The notes under the pieces are model-generated. The model ran no database searches. It was not told the DNA's origin and saw only the letters and a program-made list of their open reading frames with translations. A stretch of DNA of 64,000 nucleotides, from assembly GCA_010093605.1 (NCBI GenBank), contig MU004187.1, forward strand, positions 1,434,018 to 1,498,017, given 5' to 3'. The DNA comes from Lophium mytilinum (lineage: Eukaryota). Numbering within the stretch: the first letter of the stretch is position 1; each line of letters begins with the position of its first letter. Shown piece by piece: positions 37,845-51,429 of the stretch. The translations under genes were made by a program, and so were the position numbers.

Positions 37845-38875
37845 CAGGCCGTTGGCGGAGACTTGCGGTCTGTATTCTGGACAGATAAGAACGGATTCTT
37901 TTGAGTGGGAAAGGCGCAGTGGAGCCGAAAATTAAAAAAGGAGCACACGGAGAAGCGGAAGACTACATAGCGGAGAAGCAATTACAGACATAACGGAATG
38001 ACAGGAGAAACAAAGCACAGGGGACACGGCTTGTTCAACTCGGCCTGGAGGCACACCGGCCGGCACCGCAGGATATGCCGTGGGCGGTCAAGCTGGCTTG
38101 CAGGGCGGGTGGCGGTGCTTGGTGCATATCGGAGTGAAGCAATGGAGAAGTCCAGCTCACCTAGGGCCGTAGAGGTGGAGACGGCTTGGGGTACCTCGCT
38201 GAGGCGCAGCAGTCCTCTTCCGGCTCAAGTTCAGCCTGGCCGGGATGCGGCTGAGGGGATCTCACCGGCTTTGGATCGCTGGAGGGGTGTTGGAGCCCCG
38301 CGATGATGTCGGACTGCAGGCCGTTGGTGGTGAGAGAGTGAATGCCGCGGTGGAGCGCAACCGTCGCTAGCGGTGAAGTAGTGAGTAGGCTGGCTGGCTG
38401 GCAGGTAGGGCTCCTCGCTCGCACGTCAACCCCGGGCCTTATCAAGGCTGCCACAGGGCGAAACGCTGAAACGCCGCCGTTGGCGGCCAAGAGGGCTAGA
38501 TTATTCGAGCACACTTGCTCACTTGCAGCCGTGCAGGCCTGCCGTCTTTGGGCCCGGCTGGCGTCCAGGGTATTCGCCGAGGCTGTCGTCTAGAAGATCT
38601 GTCGACTACTGTCAAGCGCCCGCGCCTAGCAGTTCGTTCGAGGTTGAGCCGTCTGAAAGAGTGCGAGACGCCGCTGTATATCCACCCTCCCATCCCAGCA
38701 CCACCGACAACCTCCCCCCTCGTGCGACTGTCTGACCGTACAACCTCCTCCCCGTCTGCCTCAAGCTCCTCCCGTGATGTTTGCTTGTTTGGAATGGACC
38801 AGTGCGCCGCCGCTCTAATCCGCGACTTGAACCTCGAGCCCGCTGTCCACGCTTCCGTCCCATCCCACATTCGCC

Positions 38876-41536
38876 ATGACCGACCCCAACGACTCGACTA
38901 GCCAGACCTCACGCCCCGGTGTCCGGCGTGAAGGCAGTGCGCGCCTCTCTGAAGAATCCTCTCCCCGCATAGCACACACCTTGACAGCCTGCTGCCGGTG
39001 CCGCACTGTAAGCCTATCACTCCGCGGGTCGCTGGCCCTTTGAAGCATGTGCTTGTGGCGTCCTGGGACACTGACTTCGAGTAGAGGAAAACCAGATGCG
39101 ATCCCGGACTGCCACGATGCGGTCCCTGCGAGCGGACAAACTCCCATTGCGAATATTACGATCCCACCAAGGGCACCAAGATTCCGCGGAACTATGTCGT
39201 CCACCTACAACACAAAGTGCGGGATCTGGAAAAGCAGTTGGCTGACCTCGAGCGGGACGACATCGACCCAGACCCTGAAGATGTGATGCGCGGGGCTGCT
39301 TCGGTGAGGATACAGGAGAGCGACGAGTCCAAATTCCTAGGCCCGTCCAGCGGCATCGCCATTACGCGGCTGGTAATGCAGCTAGCGAAGCAGTTCACCG
39401 ACTCGAAGAGCATATCCGACATTGTGCCGCAGTCGCGCGCCCGGAGCATAAAGGAGCGATTCGCGGAAGAGGAAGCGAAGCCAACGTCAAAAGTCTACCC
39501 GCTGATAAGTGATGTGGCCGCGGAGGAGCTGCCGAACCGGGACTTGATGAACCTTCTTCTTCAGCTCTTTGACCTCAAGGGCTCGTATTCCCCTGCCAAG
39601 GCCGCCGACACCTACGCTGACTTGAGTCTAGTTCATCCCATGTATCCTATGTTCCATGAGCCTACCCTGGCCCAAGATGTGCAGGACGTCTACGGCGGCT
39701 CGACTGATGCCTACCAGAACTTTGTTGTGCGCATGGTCATTGCCATCAGCCTCCAGAAAATGGACACTCAATACGCAGGTCTTGCCGACAGCTACTATCT
39801 TGCTGCACTCAAATATCTGCAAGACTCGATCAAGCCGATGAATTTGAAAACACTTCAGTGCTTTTGCCTGATTGCTGGATATTCGCTCCTGACCCCAACG
39901 CGGACCGCCGTCTACTACATTGTTGGCCTGGCTGTGCGACTAACTCAAGCCTTGGGCCTGAATGAAGAGAAGACAATCACCCGTGGTCCAGGCGGGGCCA
40001 TTACAGATCCGCTGGAGCTTGATATGCGGAGAAGGTTATTCTGGTGTGTGCTCACTATGGACTTCGGATTGTCGCACAGTCTCGGCCGGCCAAGCATATA
40101 TGCCACACGCCAGGCCCATATTGACGTAGGGTGGTATGAACTATGTGATGATCAGTACATCACAAGAGAAGGTATCAAACCAGCGCCACAGGCGTCGCTA
40201 AAGAAATGGATATCTATTCATTTCTTCAAGATGAGGTTACTCCAATTAGAGATCAGACGGAAGCTCTATCAGAAAAAGAGAGCTGAGCCAAAAGACGACC
40301 AAGACCCTTGGTTTCATCAGATGGAAACAAAGATGAAGGCTTGGAGAGACACCAGTCCTGAAATGGACGGCGGCTCGGGACTGAACAAGGCTTGGTAAGT
40401 GATTGAATCCCTGTACATCAGCAAGTTATTTGGCTTTCTGCATCTCTATGACGTGACGGTAGTATTGACTGGCCTCTAGGTTTATCGGCCGATACAACAC
40501 AATGGTCGTTTTCCTTTTCAGACCATGCCCGCAGGTGCCGAGGCCTACCGTGACCGCTGCTAGGAAATGCTACGACGCCTGCCAATATAACATCTACATG
40601 TCTCGTAAACAGATTGAGACGGGCAGTGTCGACCTTACGTGGATCTTCACACAGGCCATATTCATGACCATCAACACGATACTTTGGACTCTCTCCTACT
40701 CCGAGATCCGTCGAACACATACCCGCGAGGAAGTCGAAGGCCATCTGACAGTAGCCCTAGAGGCCATAGATTTGGCATCAGTACGATGGCCTGGTGTGGC
40801 TTCTGCTCATGAGTTGTATCGAAATCTCATTGCGGCTTGCCTACGCATTTACGACAAAGACGGAGACATACCTATCTCAGCAGGATCACCATCTGAAAGC
40901 GCTTCTGTGACGTCGAGTCTCCCCGGAGAAATCAGCAGGTCACGAACAACAAGTCCAGCAACAGTATCCACACCGTCATTAAATACTCCCCCTGAGAGGG
41001 TCCAACCACCATTTGGGTACATCTCGCCTCAACAACCAATGCCGTTCACTACACAACAAAGCCAGCCCAGTCTATATCAGTCATCGCCTCCTCCGCAGAG
41101 CCAATTCTCCGTTCACCAATCTCCATCACAAGCGCCGATTCAGCATTCGTTTGACACGAGCCCAAAGTTTCAAGATGCGATCCCAAATATGCATTACGAC
41201 CCCCACTCACAATATAATCCAATGCCCGCCACGTTTTCCGACCTTCCGCAATGGAACCCCAGTTTTTCAATGCCGTACCAAGAACCTTACAGTCTGCCGC
41301 CAGTGTCCCACGCTTTAACGAGTCCAAGTTACAACGAGTCTTACGCTGCGCAAAATGGATTCCCTGTTGTAGATTATCTCAATCCACAGTGGAGTGTGGA
41401 ATCCAGAGGGATGGGACTCAACGCCCAGCAACAGCTTGAACTCATGCACAGCCTGGAAGCAAATGAGACCAGCAAGATCGAAGCTATGATACAGCAAAGT
41501 AACGCGCTGTTCAGCCCACGCATAAACTCTTATTAG
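38876..41536 (+). CDS. Zn(II)2Cys6 transcription factor (Ppr1/UaY-like architecture)
   Basis: Exon 1 ...TACCRCRT, intron ~39008-39084, then RKTRCDPGLPRCGPCERTNSHC; KFLGPSSG; RRRLFWC..LGRP. Further introns 39581-39631 and ~40395-40479. Confidence 0.9.
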
Positions 41537-42057
41537 GAGAAAATATCAGAAGGAGGAGGAAAGTTTTACCAGGAGGGAAATCTTACAAGGAGTTGGGTGC
41601 TGTATATTTGCCATGATACCTTAAAGGAACAACACAAGTATCTTCATTTTCTTACAGCTATCGCTTCCGTCGTTCAAGGAGTTACTCTTCACCATTTCCT
41701 TCGTATTCTCGCTATACCAAAAACTCTGTTCTCTCGATTCATGCATTTTGGAGCGTTTAAGAGGCGGAAATTTATGGGGCAAATGGGGTGTTATATGTCG
41801 ACTACTCTTTGTACGTGAGTGTCCGACGGTGGGTCGAGTTTTCTTAGATGCCGTCGCACGAGCGAACATACCAGCGCGTGCCCGCGCTTTGTAGCTGGCT
41901 GGACTAGTTTTAAATGAGATGTACTTCTCTGGATATTTTTGTAAACCTATAAGCAAAGTCGAAGAAATGAATGCGCTCCACGCGCTTTGTAATTCAACCC
42001 CTCTCCTTCATCCCCTTCATCCAGCTTCCATATGTCCATGTCTTCTCAGCTTCAACC

Positions 42058-42976
42058 TCACGAACAGGCCCCCGTCCCATTCCCCGGCGCCGGCGCTGAC
42101 ACGCCTTGTCCTCCAAACGTAAAACTCTGCGCCACTTCCCCCGCAACGCACGCGGCCTGATCCAACGCCTTCCCACCCGCAATCGTCAAGCACGTCCCCG
42201 CCGCATTCTCCGGCCTCAACGCCAACGGGCCCGCTCCGCCATCGAACGCAAACAACTGTGAATCCGTCACCGCGCCCCCGCCATCCGCTCGCCCACCGCA
42301 CGAGAACAACAGCACTTGGTTCCCCGCCGCGCGCCGCGGGTCGAAGTTCAGACAGGCTTGGGTCTGCGGGCACCGATTAGCTTACTTCCACCATCGGAGC
42401 GGCCCCCAGAGATAGGTGGTGGGAGAGAGGGGCACTTACGAGTGTGCTGACAACGATCATGGTGCCTGGCTGGTCGTTGTGCTTCCCGGCCGTGATGATG
42501 TCCCAGCTCTGCCCGGCGCTACCGTCGCAGGCGGCGGCTGGGACTGGGGTCAGGTTTGCGCGGAAGTCGCCGGAGAGTTCGTCGACGGAGAGGCAGAGGC
42601 CGGTGGTGGTGGTGATGGTGGTGGAGGTGAAGGCGCGTGTTGCGGTGGGGTCGCGGACTTGGGCTTCGGCGAAGGCGGCGGGGTCGAGGGTTGTGACGGT
42701 GCGTTTTTGGAGGCGGAGGGTGTGTAGAAAGTGAGAAGAATCCTCAGCTGATGAATTGATACTTTCTATCTACTGATCTGCTCTGCCTTATATCGGCTGA
42801 GTGGCTTGCTATCTAACATGAAGAACAAAGATAGCATACAAACTATCATAGCATACAAGCTATCATAGAACAATGATGGGGCTTCCAGAAACAAACAGGG
42901 TGGTGAAGGTGGGCGCGGTGAGGGAGAGAGTGGGGAGGAGGGTGATGAGGAAGAGAGGGGGGAGGGGGAGGTGCAT
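42058..42976 (-). pseudogene. Secreted ricin-B-lectin-like Cys protein interrupted by a solo LTR
   Basis: Signal peptide MHLPLPPLFLITLLPTLSLTAP. Removing the insert and one TSD gives in-frame FTTLRLQKR-TVTTLDP..CLSVDE..QSWDII..CLNFDP..CGGRADG. One intron ~42370-42437. Confidence 0.8.
42723..42897. mobile_element. Solo LTR (175 bp, TG...CA) with 5-bp TSD GGGTG
   Basis: TGTAG...AAACA flanked by GGGTG at 42718-42722 and 42898-42902; internal 17-bp duplication. Confidence 0.85.
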
Positions 42977-43900
42977 GGTTGGGGACTTGATTGGGTGTTT
43001 GTGATGGGAGGGATTGGTGGGAGCTTGAAGGAGTGTCGCGTGGAGGGACTTTGAAAGGGAAGAATGAGTGTAGAGAGTAACTGAGGGTTGACAAGAGGCA
43101 ATTGAGACACCAGGAAGCTTTATTACTGTTACTCGGGGGGTGTATGTTTCTCGACTTCCTCTCAGCACCACCCCAAACCCCCTACTACATACTTTGTAGG
43201 CTCTTGAATCCCTCTGGCGCTATGTCAAACCTATGGTGCCGTTGTGCCGCTTCTAGGGGTAGAGGAAGCAAGCCTTAGTCCCAGGGCCGTTTACGAGGAT
43301 TTGCGCATTCAACCCTCAGACCAAGGGTCGGTTTTCTGATTCCAGCCTGAATCAGAATACGAGGTTTAATTAGGGATCTGTTATAGTTTCATAGGACTGA
43401 TATATGGTGAGATGCCCAGAAACTGTTGTTTTGGGGGGGGTTGGGGGCGGTTTTGGAATCTTTAACCGCTAGTGTTCGGAACAAGGTGAAACTAGAAGTG
43501 TGTGAGGATAGGAAGGTTGCACTGGAGAGTCGGATCGAGGATCATTGATCTTTGAGCACCTGGAGTTTTTTGAAAGACTGTACTGCCTCTTCTTCGCTCA
43601 TGAAGCTCTCACTTCTTTCAATATTGACCGTAGTATTTAGGGGTAGTAGTGTACTAATCACGTGATTCTTTTCGACGATGGGTTCTAGAACACCGCTCAT
43701 ACGGCAGTCTGAGTACACTTTACTCATAGGGTAATTCTTAAATAGTAATGTGAGGCTGATACTAGTGATATACTTCGTGAGTAAGATATCATTCACGTGT
43801 CAATGTGTCTGCCTCGTCTCGACCTGCCATCTTGAACCCCTCCAAACATCAAAATAAATCTTTACACCCCTACTTCCGCCTCACCCCTCAACGACCACGC

Positions 43901-45641
43901 ATGCTGGGAGCTCAAGTCAATTCTAGTGGGACGCCTGCTCCTGCCGTGACTTTGGAGCTCCATAATGTTTCCATGTTCCTAGAAGCCGTAGCTGCTGTGT
44001 GCCTGGTTTGGTACGCGTTGGTGATAGTTCCTGTCTGCGTAATCGGATATACGCAATTGTATAGTAGCACACTCAATCTTCATGATTTAGCAACTAACAG
44101 AGCTTAGGTACCGTTGGTACTCGCGACCGCCACCCCCGGCAGTCTGCCTCACCGCTCTTCCCGCAGAAGAAATCCCACATGTTACCATCATCCGCCCGGT
44201 GAAGGGCCTCGAGCCACGTCTCTACGAATGCCTCGCTGCAACCTTCCGCCAAACGTACCCGCGGGATAAGCTGACTATCTTCTTTTGTGTATCTTCGCGC
44301 GATGACCCTGGCTTTCCGGTCCTGGAACGGCTCCTCCGCGACTTTCCGGGCTTCGAGGTGACCATTTTGGTCGAACAGGAGGACGCAAGACTGCAAAACG
44401 AGCATGGGGACAATGACAATGGTGTCGGAGAACACGCACAGCTGGGTCCGAACCCGAAGATCAGGAACATGAGCCGGGCGTATCGTGAGGCAAAGGGCGA
44501 TATAGTCTGGATCATTGACTGCAATGTGTGGGTCGGAAAAGGCGTCGCCGGACGTATGGTTGACAAACTGTGTGGATATGGAGGCAAGAGGAGGTACAAG
44601 TTCGTACATCAGATACCGCTAGTCGTGGACACGGCCAGCGAGACCGCGGATTCGGAGACACGGGGATTGCTGGCTCCACAGCTTCATGATGAGGGTGACG
44701 GCTCGCTTCATGTTGCATCTACAAGCACAGCAAGCACCGATCTCCGCAACCCGACGGACTCCCACTCAGGCCTACAACATATCCTACAGACAGGAGGTGG
44801 TCGGCTAGAAGAGCTCTTCATGTCCTCCTCCCATGCCAAGTTCTACACCGCCATCAACACCGTCCTTATCGCTCCCTGCATCGTCGGGAAGTCGAATATG
44901 TTCCGCCGCTCCCACCTCGCTGCCCTGACCTCCTCGAATCCAGCTCGCGCGCCCGGTATCGACTTCTTCTCGGACAACATTTGTGAGGACCACCTGATCG
45001 GTGATGCGTTGTGGAAAAAGCCACAGCCGTTCGAGCTAGAAGCTCCTCCGAAAGGAGGGAAACGAGAGAAGTGGGGCAAGCATGCTCTTGTTTTCGGTGA
45101 CATAGCATTCCAACCAATGTCGTCTATGTCAGTCCGCGAGTATATCGCCCGCCGCGTGCGTTGGCTACGCGTACGAAAGTTCACAGTTGCGCTGGCGACG
45201 CTAGTGGAACCAGGAACGGAGAGCATACTTTGTAGTCTATACGGCGCATTTGCGGTGAAGACACTCCCCTTTTTCAGAGACTGGTTCGGAATTTCGCCTT
45301 CCTGGACTTCCTTTTGGACCTTCTTCGCGCTGAGTGTGGGGGTGTGGGCGACGGTAGACTGGACGTTATACCGACGCTTACACTCTGCGAAAAGTATCGA
45401 GCTCGATTCCGAAACACCGGATTTCGCGCGGCCACCGAGAAGAGCAAGGTGGGGAGGAACGAGGAGGCCGTTTAGAGAGTGGCTCGCTGCGTGGATTGGA
45501 AGGGAGGTTCTCGCGTTCCCGATCTGGGCGTGGGCGATCTTCGGGGGTGTGAGTGTGGAGTGGAGAGGCAAGAGGTTCTGGGTGGGTCTCGATATGAAGG
45601 TGCATGAGATTGTGGAGGCTGGAGACAAGAGAAGGGATTGA
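43901..45641 (+). CDS. Glucosylceramide synthase (GT21, ceramide glucosyltransferase)
   Basis: N-terminal TM helix; [47 protein letters not shown]. Intron 44059-44107. Start is 43901 or 43973. Confidence 0.93.
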
Positions 45642-46044
45642 TAGTAGTCGTGGTGATGGTAGGAGACACTTTGATGCGGTAGGCCTTACTTCCCACATTA
45701 TGCTCGAATCTTCACTGCGTCTGGGATCTTCCGACGTCTTGTCTTTCTACTACACGGACTTTCGAAGAAGCATTATAGCGACAGCCTTTTGAAAGCGTTG
45801 CTTTATCAGCATCGGCCTCGTGGCAGCATTTCATGGGCGTATGGATACTACCTTGATAGACTAGACCGACAATCAGCGTAACATCTGCCATTAAACTCCC
45901 GACATATTATTTCTACCTTGAGGAGCATCGCGTACTGTTTGTTTCATCTCGGAACAGGTAGTTCGTTTAGGCAATGTCCTCATCGCAGACTCTTTAGTTC
46001 CAAAAGGTGGGAACCCGTCGCTTCAACTCAACGTTCAAAACCTA

Positions 46045-46359
46045 ACATTTCCTACATTTCCTACATTTCCTACATTTCCTACATTTCCTACATTTCCTAC
46101 ATTTCCTACATTTCCTACATTTCCTACATTTCCTACATTNNNNNNNNNNNNNNNNNNNNNNNNNNNNNNNNNNNNNNNNNNNNNNNNNNNNNNNNNNNNN
46201 NNNNNNNNNNNNNNNNNNNNNNNNNNNNNNNNNNNNNNNNNNNNNNNNNNNNNNNNNNNNNNNNTTACTCCCATTACTCCCATTACTCCCATTACTCCCA
46301 TTACTCCCATTACTCCCATTACTCCCATTACTCCCATTACTCCCATTACTCCCATTACT
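46045..46359 (+). repeat. Nonamer satellites (ACATTTCCT)n and (TTACTCCCA)n flanking an assembly gap
   Basis: About 10 copies of each are visible; N-run at 46140-46264. Confidence 0.95.
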
Positions 46360-46798
46360 AAAAGTTCTGGCTCCCACCAACCGCATGTCGAAAGATCGAA
46401 GTGCTCGAAACGAACACCGCCGCTCATGGTTGCGGCCTCCTAGCAGAAGTGTGCCAGCGACTCTGCAACAAGATCACGAATGTAGTGCATTTGGTCTATT
46501 GACTAGCACAAACAAGCCCGGAATGTCACAAAGGACGATGGACAGAACCTAGCGAAGAAACTCGGCGAAATGTTTCTAGTAGGTTTTCAGCGAATCTCCA
46601 GGGGAGGCGTTGTATTGGACGCGATTTATGCAAGAGAGGTAGTGCCAACATTTGCTGAGGTGGGCGAGAGTAGAGGTAAACCTATGCAAACGTATATGAA
46701 GGCATGAAGGGAAGCGGGCTTCATTCAGTAGAAGAAAGGGTGCTATGAAATGGAGCGAGAAAAGTACACCAGGTCACGACTTATCTCATCAACACTAC

Positions 46799-49108
46799 CT
46801 ATAGACTATCACCTTTAAATGAAGTAGGGTAACCAACCAAGAAATTCCAAAAGGAATTGTCCGCCACATTCATTATCCCCGGTTGCTCTAAGGAGATATC
46901 AGGCAGGCCGGGTTGCTCCAGAGGTTGCGGCCAGAAAGAAGGATCATAAGCGTCCATTCCTGCAGGCAGTGCAGCCATCTCTTCGTCCAAAAGAAGTTCT
47001 TTCAACGGCATAGGTACCTCGAGATTCGAGAAGTCGAAGTCAAAGAACTCTGGGTTTTGCGCTGTCCACTCCATCTCAGAAGGCTTGACCTCAAAGTGCC
47101 AAGGTTCAACATCGGGAGATACCATCTCAGAAGGGGCATTATGAGCTGGATACTGCTCCCCTAGTACACCGGGCAGCTGTAGTTCAGTGCTAACTATGTC
47201 GCTGGGTCCTGCGCGCTCATGAGCCTCCACGACTCGGCGAACGGTGCTTTCCAAAATCTCCGAGCCAGATTTTGCCAACGGTAGACTTAGTCCAATGAGC
47301 CGTAGCCGTTCGAGGGCGCGTTGAAGACTCTGATATGGTCGAGAGAACGCTGCGTGATAGCGTTCCGGGTTACTCACCAAAACGACTGCCAACAGCACCG
47401 CCGCGTCAAACGTGGGAAAAGTGGTCCCCACAAACCATTGCGTTGACGAGGCGCGGTGGAACTGAAACAGTCTGTCTTGGCTATCGAGGATAGCGAGGGC
47501 GCAATTGTATACTTCACGCTGGCTTTTAGAACGCGTGAAAATATACGGTCTATGAAGTGCCATCAGGAAGCTATCTGTCAGAAACGAGATCAGTTCTCGA
47601 TGCGTCGGTACAAAGGGACACGAGTCATCCCATCTTGTATCAGGGTTCGTAACCCGAAAGAACGCAGGCAGGTCTTCCCGATACTTCACCGCGAAATCGT
47701 GCAGTTCCTTGACCTTCTCCGGATTTTGCGGGACAGACCCTTGGCTTTCGAGCTCTCTGATCTCAGCAAAGCGGCGCGATATTGTCAATCGCAAGATACG
47801 CTCCGTGAGAGGGATAGGAGGGTCTGAATCGGACCTCGGTGTTGGGACTCGCTTCAGCCGATCCGGTGGGATTTCGCATTCAATTGGTGGAGTGACAGTG
47901 CACTTTTTGAGGTCGATGAACATTGGACGCCCAAGTTCGAGAGCCATAAAACTGTCCCAGACGAACAGGTTCCACCAAGTCCGCTTTCGAAGCTCGTTCA
48001 TCCATAGAGAGTCAAGGAGCTCCTCGGGCTTGCTCGACGACGGTAGTTCTGGTTCAAGATGTAGCCCGATAGACATGGCTTCCTTGACGGTCCGGCCAGA
48101 GTGGTTCCACGCCTGTAGAAGATCTCCGGCGTTTGCACACCAGAAATCTCTCATGAAGCTCGACTGGATTGCGACCAGGGTTGAACTAGGCCTTCCAATG
48201 AGAATTGATAGGCCCTCCCCACAGTCAGAGTATTCTTTAGACAGCTCGGTAAAAGTTTGTGAAGATGTAAACTTGAGCACCTTGACTAGGAAACCATGCG
48301 GCGTGGGTAAAAACTGCAGAGCAACCGCCAGCACTTGGAATATCAGAGCTGGAAAGTACCATTGATCCAAGGGCAAGGCGTCTGGTCCTTGCTTCAAGAT
48401 TACATCGTATGCAGTTGCCCACCACCGATCTAATTGCTCACGAAAGAAAACTTCGTCAAGGGCTCCGTTGAAATGATTGACATCTTTGAAGAACATATTT
48501 ATCAAGAACTCACAATGGGCCTTGCTAGGTAGTCTACGGACATAGCCAAAGTAATCTGCGCGTAGCTTGCTTCGGATCTGTGGAGCAGCAGGTCGATGAG
48601 ACGGGGTTACCTCGTCGATGCCTGAAATGACCTGTATCCTATGCATTAGCCCTTCATCTCTATACAATACACTAGAGGATTGTACCTTGGTAAGTATTCC
48701 CATAGAGCTGAACGCGTCGGATTTCGAATACCCATACTCGTGCGCATTTTGTAGAAGGGAGGGGGATGCACGATCTTGGATTTGCCCCGGACTCGATTCG
48801 GTCGACTTTGAAGACGCACGAGCTACCGCATTGCTGAACCCGTCAGGTCAGAATTTAAGGTAGTTGTACGGAACCTACTTTGGCGATTTGAATTTCTCGT
48901 AGATGCAGATACTCTCAGGACCACGCGCTATACACTGAGCACATGGCTGACCGCGGTCACACTACAGCCACTTAGCTTTGCTAGGGAGATACACCTGTTT
49001 AAGGTTAGACATCAGACGAGCAATATTTACCTTCTGCTTTCTCTTCCGACATTCCACACAAGTCAAGATAAGTCGACGCCGCTGTCTTGGCCTTGGAGCG
49101 CTGTTCAT
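46799..49108 (-). CDS. Zn(II)2Cys6 transcription factor
   Basis: MNSAPRPRQRRRLILTCVECRKRKQK / CDRGQPCAQCIARGPESIC spliced over two short introns into the long ORF containing IGLH..RKRTWWNLFVWD..LGRP and LHRPY. Confidence 0.9.
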
Positions 49109-49621
49109 AGTCGCCTATGAAATGGGTTTGAAGTGTTAAGCGGTCGCGTGGTTCCTGGTGTACCGTCCCGACTTTTGCACGTCCCTGATAGTTGATCGGC
49201 CTAGGGCTTTAATGAGCGTCCAGAGAAGTAATGTTTGCGTAAAAGACGGCGAAGACACTGGTGATAGCTATGGGCGAGAAGTCACTGTTAGCTCCTCGTT
49301 CCTTATCGATGCACTGAGGGCGGACGAGAACGAAGCCGATGCGTTTCGCCCGGGTGTGCTACAATTAGAAACAGAAAGCTGACTGAGCTGCGCGCTAAAC
49401 CATGTTTGGACAGAGTGTGGAACAATAAGAATGATTCTATATACGTGATCTTCTCTCTCTCCATCACAAAACAAGTCTACTAATGAAAGACTATTGTTAA
49501 TGAAAATAGACCTGAGTTTGTTGGTGCATTTTGAAGCATGGGGAAAAGACTATGCAATAGAAAGCTATAACTCTAATGCAAGACACCGCTTAAACAAGGT
49601 AGGAAATGAAACATAGCTATA

Positions 49622-50657
49622 CTATTGATACTGCGCCGTTTCTTTATCGAGTAGCTCCCAAAGACGACCCCCGCTTCCGTTCTCGAGACCCTTTTTCACG
49701 TGTGGTGCCATGATTGCCTCTCTTCCCCATGGAATAAAATAGGAACCACTCTTCTCCTTCGTCAGAACACTCGAGAAACCTGCGTAGAGCTCGGTAAGAG
49801 CACCATAGCGAGCATCATGTAGCAGCGTAGCCTGGACTATTCTCCTTATGCAGGTATTAGAATGACGCTGCAGTTCCGTCTTGAGATGCCCGGGATTGAG
49901 TGAAGCCGTGATAATGTTGTCGGGAGCATATCGCTGGGCGGTTTCGGCGGCCAGAATGACGTTTCCAGCTTTGGATTGTGTGTACAGATTCCAAGGGCTA
50001 AGCTTTCCATTGGCATTGTTGATGCTACCGTCTGATTAGGTTCCTTTCTCACTGTACCTTGACGGAGTGGAATACTCACTTGTCCCAGTACACGCCATCT
50101 GGAGATGGCGACATCATGCTACCGTCGGAAGAAACCCAAATTATGCGTAGGGGCTCTTCGTCGTCTTGAGCGGAGGCTAGCAGAAGGGGCATCATCAGCT
50201 TCTGGAGCAAGAAGTGGCCCACGACGTTCGTCCCCCACTGCAACTCGTAGCCTTGGGCTGTCTTGGCTCCCACTGGAGGAGTCATAACGCCCGCGTTGAA
50301 TAATACCATATCAAGCTTGGTAACTTTCTTTTCGAGCTCCTGAACAGCGGCCTTGATAGTAGTCAAGTCGCCGAGATCAAGGATCAGAGGGACGATGCGC
50401 CCACCGGTTTGTGGAAACGTCATACCCCCGCTAGGGTTCTCAATAATTTCCTTGGTCGCTTTTTCAATATTGGCGAGGCTGCGTCCAGCAATGTAGACCG
50501 TGGCGTTTGCCGAATAGAGCATACGGGCGAGCTCTTTTCCGATACCAGCTGCTCCGCCAGTAATGAAGTACGTCTTGCCTGCTAGAGTAGGCAAGTCTGC
50601 TTCCGTTAAGGTTGGTTTAGGAGGGAAAAATTCCGAAAGGAATTGAGCGATGAGCAT
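49622..50657 (-). CDS. Short-chain dehydrogenase/reductase (retinol-dehydrogenase-like)
   Basis: ITGGAAGIG, NAGVM, GTNVVGHF, WVSS. Later exons by hand give PWG and LWE motifs. Divergent from XPB's downstream side and in tandem with the adjacent TF. Confidence 0.88.
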
Positions 50658-51429
50658 TGTGAAGAAAGTAATGGGTAGGAAGCGACGAAGTCTTTGCTGA
50701 TCTTGACTGTCGTGCTTGTCGAGATGACAAAAAACGGATGAGGGTCTCCGTGAGATTGAGGACTTCTGAAGAAGATGAGACTAGTAAACTAATGAGGATG
50801 GTTGATAGCTTGAAAGAATAAAAAGTTTTCTTGTACAGTTAGTTGCTGGTTGACGAGGTTTTGTTGGTGAATTGATGACGAGTTGCCCATCACCTCCAGC
50901 CTGCCTAACTTTAAGTATCCTTACATATCTCCGTAAGAATCTCAAGCGGCCGCGAGGGAATGCAAAGTTGTTTTCCTCGGATTTTGGAAGCATCCTTGAA
51001 GCTATTTCAGTCTTACCACCGCGGAGTTAACTGTTGTGGCTTAGGTACACGCTATTCCAAATATGGACCCTAACCAAGAGTTCATTCTTTATTTTAAATC
51101 CACGATTCTACTAGTTCTGGCACGACTTTCATTTCTTCGTATCGACGCGGCGATGATAGACTTCGCACGGGCCTTTGTGTTGTTGAGCACGTATCAACTT
51201 GTTATTTGAGATCTGAACGAACTGCAAAATGATTTAGTGGCTGAATGGCGAAAGTCAGGAACCACCTGCAGAATCGAAATTATGTTCTCAATTGCATCAA
51301 TAACCTGATGGCGCTGAGCATGACCTAGAACTCCAATGTATATATTCGTGCATTTTTTGTACAACGCTGCTCGATGCGCCAATTTCAAGACTCCAAAGCA
51401 CAATTGGGCTCAGGCACCCAACACGAATC

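Noticed and set aside
44843..45628. 261-aa antisense ORF, and similar shadow ORFs over DDB1, VPS9, XPB and the TF genes
   Set aside because: Antisense to well-supported genes with no recognisable motifs; explained by codon bias.
45918..46427. ORFs with ISY/HYS, GNV/GVM and CRK repeats
   Set aside because: Translations of 9-bp satellites across an N gap.
46799..50657. TF plus SDR as a secondary-metabolite cluster
   Set aside because: No backbone enzyme or transporter; flanked by housekeeping genes.
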